Source: a virus | Lineage: Duplodnaviria; Caudoviricetes | Reading direction: 5' to 3' (one strand) | DNA: 50,488 nt | Virus record (IMG/VR): IMGVR_UViG_3300005326_000058 | Span: 1-50,488 of that record | Shown: piece after piece, positions 44,414 to 50,488 of the stretch | Layout of the letters: each line of letters opens with the position of its first letter | Position numbering within the stretch: position 1 is the stretch's first letter | Translations under genes and position numbers: made by a program | Notes under the pieces: model-generated | Database searches by the model: none | What the model was told of the DNA's origin: nothing | What the model saw: only the letters and a program-made list of their open reading frames with translations

Positions 44414-44947
44414 TTGAAACCGGCCTTCATGCTCAGCATCAATCAGTTGCCGTACCCTCATCTGTATCTTAGCTTCACTGAATCCAGTCATGTACATATC
44501 ATAGAATAAGGATAGGTTTTTAGCTATTACCATATCTGTACTGTCATAGTTAGCCTCAAATTCACCCTCTTCCATGGGTTCTAATAGAGTCATGCAGACT
44601 TTTCCATAGGCTTTGATGATCTTATCATCGTATTCATCCTGTTGGTCTTCTATGGATTTGGCGAACTCTTCTAGATCTGCCTCTATTTTTTCAGCCTTCT
44701 TAATATACCCGTCTGCCTTTTTCTTTTCTGCAGCGGTTGGTTCCTCTTTGGTGGTGATTTTATTGGCTTTTAAACGTAATTCACGGGATTCTTCACCCAT
44801 TTTAAGGCCGTTCTCCATCTTTTCCTGTAAATCTTTTTTGATGTCTTCAACGTCCTTGTTAGCATCTCTTAAGACCTTATTAGGGCATCTTTTGAATCTT
44901 CTTTTCTTCCCACAGAAATCTATCTCATTTTTACTTAACTTTAGCAT
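44396..44947 (-). CDS. Tail assembly chaperone (gpG-like)
   Basis: Follows the major tail protein gene; charged and helical; TTT-CGA close to the stop. Confidence 0.75.
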   Translation of the reverse strand: MLKLSKNEIDFCGKKRRFKRCPNKVLRDANKDVEDIKKDLQEKMENGLKMGEESRELRLKANKITTKEEPTAAEKKKADGYIKKAEKIEADLEEFAKSIEDQQDEYDDKIIKAYGKVCMTLLEPMEEGEFEANYDSTDMVIAKNLSLFYDMYMTGFSEAKIQMRVRQLIDAEHEGRFQFREEA

Positions 44948-45015
44948 TATAGTCCTCCCATTATTTGCCTAGAAAATAAAAGAATAGTTCCCCTCTACAA
45001 AACAAATAAGGGGGT

Positions 45016-46137
45016 TTATACTACAGCTGTTCCGTAATGTATAGCGGCTAATGGACTTATGATAGTAACTGCCATGGGGTCAGTGGTTCCATAGTTTACA
45101 ATTTCAAAGTCATACTCCACGGTCATCTTATCCTTACCACTCCTTGGACTGGTAGGCTTGATGATCTCCACTTTTGGCAGGAATATCTGTATGTCCATGT
45201 ACACATCAGTGGATGGGGCAACAGTTTCAATGAGCTTGCCGGTGGATTTAATCACCATGGCCTTGAATAAGCTTTCCTGAGTGGGGGTGGTTCCTGATTC
45301 TGACCCGGTGGCCCATTCTGCTTCCAGGTTCATGTTGCCAGTGTTGTAGTTCATGGTCAGTTTGCCTTTGCCACTGAATGGTTTCTGGTCCTTCTCAGAC
45401 TGACCGAAAGGTGTACCTCCACATACACTGTTTTCCATGTTGTTACTGGCGGTTAGGTTACATTTAGTGTAACAATCTGCTAGATAAGTGGTGCCTGATA
45501 TGATGGTGGCTTCTGCAGTACCCACTGGGGCTAGATAGACGCTTGTTTGCCCGGATTTAAATCTATATTCGGTTTCAGGGTATGTTAAGGTAGGTTCGTC
45601 CTGGTTGTACAATGGGAAATCTGATAAGAAATTAGCCTTATAAGTAGGTGCTTTATCAGCGTCAAAGGTCATATCCACTGAGTTGACCATGGCTTCCACA
45701 TAGGCTTCAGCTTTTGCAGTGTCCCAGTTGAAACCATTGTATAATGTGCACCATGCCAGGTCTTCAGGGTCTGAAACATCCCGGTATATGACCCATTTCT
45801 TAGCGGTTGCGGCTCCAGCTACGGCCGGAACTACAGTGTCATGCTTACCTAGGAGCATGAATAATATGTCCTCGACTCCTTCTGCAAGCCTTATCTTATC
45901 ACTGTAATTTGGTGATGCACTGGCATCTGTACGGTCCTTACCCAGGAGTAAGATGTCTGTTCCTGTATGCCCCTCGTCATCTTCTGTACCCATGTCTATT
46001 CCAGGGTCGAAGTCTTTATATTTGGGGAACACTGCAGGGGTGACCTGTCCTGCTATTCGTGACCCGGTTACAACGGGGTTAACTCCAAAGCCGGCGTAGT
46101 GTAAACTGCCAGGTGGTGTTGATGATGCTCCAGCCAT
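45016..46137 (-). CDS. Major tail tube protein
   Basis: Position, size and beta-rich composition; no sheath gene seen, so a siphovirus; followed by a CCCCT/AGGGG hairpin and T-rich tract. Confidence 0.8.
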   Translation of the reverse strand: MAGASSTPPGSLHYAGFGVNPVVTGSRIAGQVTPAVFPKYKDFDPGIDMGTEDDEGHTGTDILLLGKDRTDASASPNYSDKIRLAEGVEDILFMLLGKHDTVVPAVAGAATAKKWVIYRDVSDPEDLAWCTLYNGFNWDTAKAEAYVEAMVNSVDMTFDADKAPTYKANFLSDFPLYNQDEPTLTYPETEYRFKSGQTSVYLAPVGTAEATIISGTTYLADCYTKCNLTASNNMENSVCGGTPFGQSEKDQKPFSGKGKLTMNYNTGNMNLEAEWATGSESGTTPTQESLFKAMVIKSTGKLIETVAPSTDVYMDIQIFLPKVEIIKPTSPRSGKDKMTVEYDFEIVNYGTTDPMAVTIISPLAAIHYGTAVV

Positions 46138-46370
46138 TATTCATTCCCTCCCTTGGTTTTCTTTTCCTCTTTTTTAGCTTCTTTAATTGTTTTAACCTCT
46201 TCCCAGTTAGCGTTCATTCTCAGACGCTTAACTAGTGGGTCGTCCTGTTTAAGTTCTATTATCTTACCCTTTGGGATTGGGTCTTCCATGGGTAGCTTTC
46301 CAGCTAAAACCAGGGTAACGTCAACCATGTTCTCAGGGCCTATCCATTTGAATTTCATTGGTTTATTCAC
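46137..46370 (-). CDS. Small basic structural-region protein
   Basis: MKFKWIGP...Lys-rich tail; coupled to the tail tube gene. Confidence 0.6.
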   Translation of the reverse strand: MNKPMKFKWIGPENMVDVTLVLAGKLPMEDPIPKGKIIELKQDDPLVKRLRMNANWEEVKTIKEAKKEEKKTKGGNE

Positions 46371-46403
46371 CTCTGAATTTGTATAAATTGTTAAAATCAG
46401 TAA

Positions 46404-46871
46404 TTAGGTTGTTTCATTCACCTTATAGGACAATTCAAACTCTGTGATTATTCTATGGGCCACTATGTGCACCTCTCCAGATTTATCTCTGTAAGCCCAT
46501 GGCTTCCTGTACGCCTTTTTATAGGTGAATGAAGTTACCACGGTGAATGTGTCAAGGCGGTGGGCTGTTTTTAGGGCATTTCTAACCCTCTCCAGGTGTT
46601 CGTCTAATTGGTCGGGGAGTCCTTTTTTGATGTTCGGATCTAAGTAGGTGATAATAAAGCCACTGGTAGTGTAATCATCTGACAGTCCTCCACCGCACCC
46701 GTCCATGTCTTCAGTGTCCACATCGAAATCTATACTATGGCATGGTTTCTTACCGGTTGGTTTCACGTCCAGCCATGAGTAATAGAACCCGTGCCGTGCT
46801 AAGGTTTTATCCACCTTCAGGGCGTTTATGAGGTCAGTTTTAACCTTTTTCAGTTTACCTATTTCTCTCAT
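46404..46871 (-). CDS. Putative tail terminator
   Basis: Size and position upstream of the tail tube gene. Confidence 0.55.
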   Translation of the reverse strand: MREIGKLKKVKTDLINALKVDKTLARHGFYYSWLDVKPTGKKPCHSIDFDVDTEDMDGCGGGLSDDYTTSGFIITYLDPNIKKGLPDQLDEHLERVRNALKTAHRLDTFTVVTSFTYKKAYRKPWAYRDKSGEVHIVAHRIITEFELSYKVNETT

Positions 46872-46884
46872 AATAGTGCTCCTT

Positions 46885-47694
46885 TCAGGCGTAGAGTTTT
46901 AGAATATTCTTAGCCGTGCTTATCAGGTTGTCACCCTCTGTTTTAACATCCTTAAGAGTTCTGCCCTGTAAGTAGGTGTCCGCTGGTTGGTTTTTCTGTG
47001 CTATCTGGCGGTTCCATAGTAACCCTGCAGCCCAATAACTCAGGGCTTCTTCAAGGAATGTGATACTGTCTCCAGTGGTGGGGATGTCGTCAAGGTCAAC
47101 CAATCCAAGGTAAGTGGCTATGTCAATGGTTGCACTGGTAATGGCCTTATCCACCTCTACAGTGGATACTGCGTACTCTGAATTATAGCCCCGCACATCG
47201 TCTATATTGATGACTGCAGCTCCAAAGTCACGTGTTGATTTCAATCCTATACTGCAGATGTCCACCAGGTCCACGGGTTCATCAGGGTCAATAAGGTCAA
47301 TGGTATGCTGGTACCATATCGCCGGATCCATGGCAGGTATTGTCAAGGTCTTCAGCGGGCTTCTCAGTTGTGGGGAATCGGAGAGGATTAAGTTTAAATC
47401 GTCTTCTAAGAGTGCAATGTTTGATTTTAGTCTGAGTTTGATTTTATCGGATGTTCTAAGGTCAATTGAAGTAGTTAGGGCTTCAGATGCTATGTTGCCA
47501 GTGGTGAACCCGGCGGCTATGGTGAATTTAGCAGAACCTGAGCCTTTAATATAATCAGTGGTGTCTAATGTGCTGGTTACATTGGTAATAGTCTGTTCAT
47601 TCCATGCGGTTTCACATGCATCTATGGTGATGAAGTCAAGGGCGAAGAGTTCCTTATTGAGTTTATCCACCACGTCCTGAGCAGTTACTGTCAT
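46885..47694 (-). CDS. Head-tail connector-like protein with an inserted beta-sandwich domain
   Basis: MTVTAQDV...AI.SA...I..YL...AA..L adaptor-like helices interrupted by a GSGSAK...W....I.L...I.IDDVR CBM-like insert. Confidence 0.55.
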   Translation of the reverse strand: MTVTAQDVVDKLNKELFALDFITIDACETAWNEQTITNVTSTLDTTDYIKGSGSAKFTIAAGFTTGNIASEALTTSIDLRTSDKIKLRLKSNIALLEDDLNLILSDSPQLRSPLKTLTIPAMDPAIWYQHTIDLIDPDEPVDLVDICSIGLKSTRDFGAAVINIDDVRGYNSEYAVSTVEVDKAITSATIDIATYLGLVDLDDIPTTGDSITFLEEALSYWAAGLLWNRQIAQKNQPADTYLQGRTLKDVKTEGDNLISTAKNILKLYA

Positions 47695-47695
47695 C

Positions 47696-48178
47696 CTAAA
47701 TCGCCCCTATGTATGTCTTTACCAGTTTCCTTATGCCTTCTTCAACGGTGCTTTCCCTTCCCTTGATTTTGTCTAAAACCATGGTGCATAATACATCCTT
47801 AGCCAGGTCAACATCTTCAGGTTCGCTGGTAGTGTAACTCACCTCATACATGAAGGTGGCACTGTAAGGTGGTGATGATAATCTTATACTGCCTGTGGAT
47901 TCCTCCACTTCTTCATCGTCAAGGGTGTACTCCGAGCCGTTGATAAGTAATTCATCAACAGAATTAACCGGCCAGTATTTAAGCTGTATTAATGGGCTTT
48001 TATGTCCAATTACTTTCTCTTCAACCTCTGTTTCTTCAAACTTAGCCCCTGTTCTACTTTCAAGGTCAGTTTGACAGAGGGTTATCATGTTGTCCAGGTC
48101 CGTGTCGGACTGTAAAAGTATCCCTACCTTGGAAGTTTTGGCGGCTGTTCTGACCTCTGTTGCGGTTACCAGGCTCAT
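47696..48178 (-). CDS. Head-tail adaptor
   Basis: LVT..EV...D..L..MI.....LE..TG..F...L..WPV.SV...V.YT pattern. Confidence 0.7.
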   Translation of the reverse strand: MSLVTATEVRTAAKTSKVGILLQSDTDLDNMITLCQTDLESRTGAKFEETEVEEKVIGHKSPLIQLKYWPVNSVDELLINGSEYTLDDEEVEESTGSIRLSSPPYSATFMYEVSYTTSEPEDVDLAKDVLCTMVLDKIKGRESTVEEGIRKLVKTYIGAI

Positions 48179-48190
48179 AGGTTTACACCT

Positions 48191-48376
48191 TTACTTCTTC
48201 TTTTTCCCTTTTTTCTTTGGGTCGGTGAATGCTTTTAGGCTGTACTCTGGTTTTTTAGCCAGCTTAGCAGCTTCTTCATCCTCGATTTGAGCCTTACCAT
48301 CCTTGAAAGCTATGTTCTTTCCTTTGATATTGACGGAGTGGTTGGCCTTTTTGTTCTTAAAATAAACCGTTTTCAT
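48191..48376 (-). CDS. Small basic protein
   Basis: GGAGG RBS; I.F.DG.A pattern seen in small genes that follow capsid genes. Confidence 0.65.
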   Translation of the reverse strand: MKTVYFKNKKANHSVNIKGKNIAFKDGKAQIEDEEAAKLAKKPEYSLKAFTDPKKKGKKKK

Positions 48377-48410
48377 CGTGTTTTCCTCCTAAAAAATAGA
48401 AAAGATAGGG

Positions 48411-49373
48411 TTAGATACCTTCCAAGTAGAGTAACCAGACACGCATCTTACCAGCTGATATTTGATCATCTGCAATTGTAACCAGTAACTCCCTGGCTGC
48501 AGATAGTTTAATGGCAGTTGAACCGGTGTTATCGGGTACTATGTCACGGTTTCCAGCATCCCAAATATTCCCACCGGCACTTATTGCGGTTGCGGTTACA
48601 AGGTCATTGGCTCCCTGGATACTTAGTGCAAGGGTTGCACTGTCATCTGCACCATCTGCAAAGGTGGTTAATACCTCTACACCTCCACCAACTACAAGGG
48701 CATTGTCTGGGAGGGTAACTCCTAAGTAGTGTTGCCCTATAGCGGTCACTGAAGTAAAGGTCTGGTTGCCTGTTCCTGCAGCGGTGATGTCAACCAGTCC
48801 GGTTGCACCTCCAGCCACTGCATGGGCTCGGGTGTCGTAGAGGGTGAAAGTATCCACATCAGCCACACGGACGTAATAAGCCGTGTCAGCACTTATGCCA
48901 GTTGGTAAAGCGTCACTGGTGGTTGCGTTAACACAATCTCCAGTTGTGAACCCATGAGCATCAACACTTATCACATTGGTAGTGACGTTTATGTCGGTTG
49001 CTGATGCGGCCACTGCAGCTATTGCATCGGCTACGTCAAATTCCCCTATTGCTAGTTTTGGAAGTTTAGATATTCCCGGGGTGGAATGGTCAGTACCTTC
49101 CATCATGTCATCAGTGACTGCAGCTGCAGCTATTGTCACCGCACCATTGGCATCTATTGCAATGTCCCCACTTACCGTTTTCCAGCCCAAGTCTGCAGAT
49201 GAACCTTGACCTACCAGGAGCTTTGCACTGTCAGCCCTGGCCATGTCTGCCGGGGCTATGCTGTTAGCATCAATGGTCCCGGTCTGGATGTTCTGGATAA
49301 CTGTACCCAGGTTAAGCCCTGGGATTGGGATCCACCTGTCTAAAATATCCCTATGTTTGTTTGATATTGCCAT
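48411..49373 (-). CDS. Capsid decoration / head fibre protein
   Basis: Directly after the capsid gene; SGD.AI...G.VTI...AVT fibre motif and HGF.TGD.V...LPTG......YYV....TF.L module. Confidence 0.65.
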   Translation of the reverse strand: MAISNKHRDILDRWIPIPGLNLGTVIQNIQTGTIDANSIAPADMARADSAKLLVGQGSSADLGWKTVSGDIAIDANGAVTIAAAAVTDDMMEGTDHSTPGISKLPKLAIGEFDVADAIAAVAASATDINVTTNVISVDAHGFTTGDCVNATTSDALPTGISADTAYYVRVADVDTFTLYDTRAHAVAGGATGLVDITAAGTGNQTFTSVTAIGQHYLGVTLPDNALVVGGGVEVLTTFADGADDSATLALSIQGANDLVTATAISAGGNIWDAGNRDIVPDNTGSTAIKLSAARELLVTIADDQISAGKMRVWLLYLEGI

Positions 49374-49394
49374 GATTTTTCACCTCAAAAATAA

Positions 49395-49423
49395 AAATAA
49401 ACAGAGTTATAGTCTGTTTATTT
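49395..49423 (-). terminator. Hairpin plus T-rich tract after the capsid gene
   Basis: AAATAAACAGA/TCTGTTTATTT inverted repeat. Confidence 0.6.
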
Positions 49424-50387
49424 AGGCGTCTTTAGTTCCAATATCGTACATGCGGGCGTTGAATGATTCAGCACGGCACATGAAGGATTGGAAGGAAGCT
49501 AGTACACTGGATTCGGTAAGCTTGGTTTTAGCCAGGTCAATGACACGTGGCCTCATGAGGTATTTCAGCATCAAGGTGGAGTAATCCAGGATTAGGAGTT
49601 CCTGAGCGTCATCAGTGGTTGGCATTGCAGGGTCCACTATGATGGGTATAACCCCGGCGGGGCTGTCATAAGCGGTGACCTGGTAACCAAAGGCAAGCTC
49701 AGTCCTTGGTAGTAATGGGATGTTCACGTTAGGGTAAAGCACATCTATGAGTTGTGATTTAACATTTGCACTAGTTACAACAGCGGAAGGGATACCTCCA
49801 GCGTCCATCATGGAATGACAGAGGGTGTCAAGTTCAAACTGGGTGGTGATTTCTGCATCATTCATGTCCTTAGTGTTGGTGTCTAGAAGGTCGATCAATC
49901 CGTTCATTCCGTCGGATGCACCAGTACCGTTAAGCATTTCGTTATTTATTGCCTGGATACTGTACTCCAGTCCGTCCTGTATTTCCTGGTCCAGGATGTC
50001 AATTATACCATCTTGGCCTCCGAGGATCATCTGGTCAGATATTTCCAGAGGGAAGACATAGGTGGTCATGGCTCCAGTGAGTAGGTCGTAAACACTGTCA
50101 GTGGTAGATGGGATGGCTGCAGCTTCTGCTATGAAGTCACCAGCACCTCCAGTGACCTTCTTAATGTATGAAGGCTTGTTACTTCTGGTGTCGGTTATCC
50201 TTCCCATGCTTTCTAACCAGCTGTAGAAGGGATACTTTTTCACCACCATGTTCTGTAATTGTGGGTCTAGTTCTGGCTGGATTATATCTCCAGCACTGTT
50301 TGCAGCGGTGGTGACTGCTTTCTGTAATTCTACAAGTTCGGATTTAGTAGCGAAATGGCCTCTTACGGCTTCTTGAATTGTGGTCAT
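49422..50387 (-). CDS. Major capsid protein (HK97 fold)
   Basis: AG.II..ELD, F.AE, EISD, N.ML.G.G....G motifs; AGGAGG RBS; downstream of the protease/scaffold gene. Confidence 0.9.
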   Translation of the reverse strand: MTTIQEAVRGHFATKSELVELQKAVTTAANSAGDIIQPELDPQLQNMVVKKYPFYSWLESMGRITDTRSNKPSYIKKVTGGAGDFIAEAAAIPSTTDSVYDLLTGAMTTYVFPLEISDQMILGGQDGIIDILDQEIQDGLEYSIQAINNEMLNGTGASDGMNGLIDLLDTNTKDMNDAEITTQFELDTLCHSMMDAGGIPSAVVTSANVKSQLIDVLYPNVNIPLLPRTELAFGYQVTAYDSPAGVIPIIVDPAMPTTDDAQELLILDYSTLMLKYLMRPRVIDLAKTKLTESSVLASFQSFMCRAESFNARMYDIGTKDA

Positions 50388-50488
50388 ATTCTTATTCCTC
50401 CTGTGTGAATGATTCTAAAAAAATTAAATTAGGCTGATTTTAATCCTTTTCTTTCAGCGTGCATTTCAGCGGCTTTGCGGGTGGAAAC
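50366..50488. repeat. Terminal direct repeat, copy 2 (circular assembly overlap)
   Basis: Identical to 1..123. Confidence 0.97.

Noticed and set aside
46390-46400. GTTAAAATCAG, resembling the start of a methanobacterial CRISPR repeat
   Set aside because: An isolated 11-mer with no remainder of a repeat; plausible by chance in AT-rich DNA.
110-50061. Many plus-strand ORFs overlapping structural genes (e.g. 110..496, 34076..34594, 43179..43694)
   Set aside because: Ser/Leu/Phe-rich antisense shadows with no RBS or motifs.
50366-50488. Biological terminal repeat
   Set aside because: An exact 123-bp overlap that cuts through the protease end and capsid start is typical of circular assembly.

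Overview
The window is an apparently complete, circularly assembled ~50.4-kb genome (123-bp terminal overlap; unit length 50,365 bp) of a tailed, siphovirus-like archaeal virus, most likely temperate. The host is inferred to be a pseudomurein-walled methanogen (Methanobacteriales), from a Pei-like endoisopeptidase, archaeal TATA/BRE promoters, GGAGG/GGTGA ribosome-binding sites and an MCM-like winged-helix domain. Nearly all genes are on the minus strand: terminase, portal, head, neck, tail, tape measure, adhesins and lysin, plus an early region of small ORFs, a tRNA-Ser(GCT), RHH regulators and a tyrosine recombinase. No polymerase, primase, helicase, reverse transcriptase or cas gene was recognised. 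The most unusual signals are: (1) a non-coding array of ~12 units with 48-49-bp period, each with two conserved boxes separated by two variable segments (6372-6940), downstream of a TATA-like element; (2) two near-identical dif/loxP-like 11-6-11 palindromes about half a genome apart in inverted orientation; (3) a GIY-YIG-type protein fused to a close mimic of the host MCM C-terminal winged helix, next to a likely origin; (4) a TFB-like zinc-ribbon protein in front of the late genes; (5) tandem Cys-His-Asp transglutaminase-like domains on the tape measure protein; (6) a TTT-CGA +1 frameshift site and several genes that seem to start at ATT/ACG. All calls come from reading the sequence and from recalled family motifs; no searches were run.
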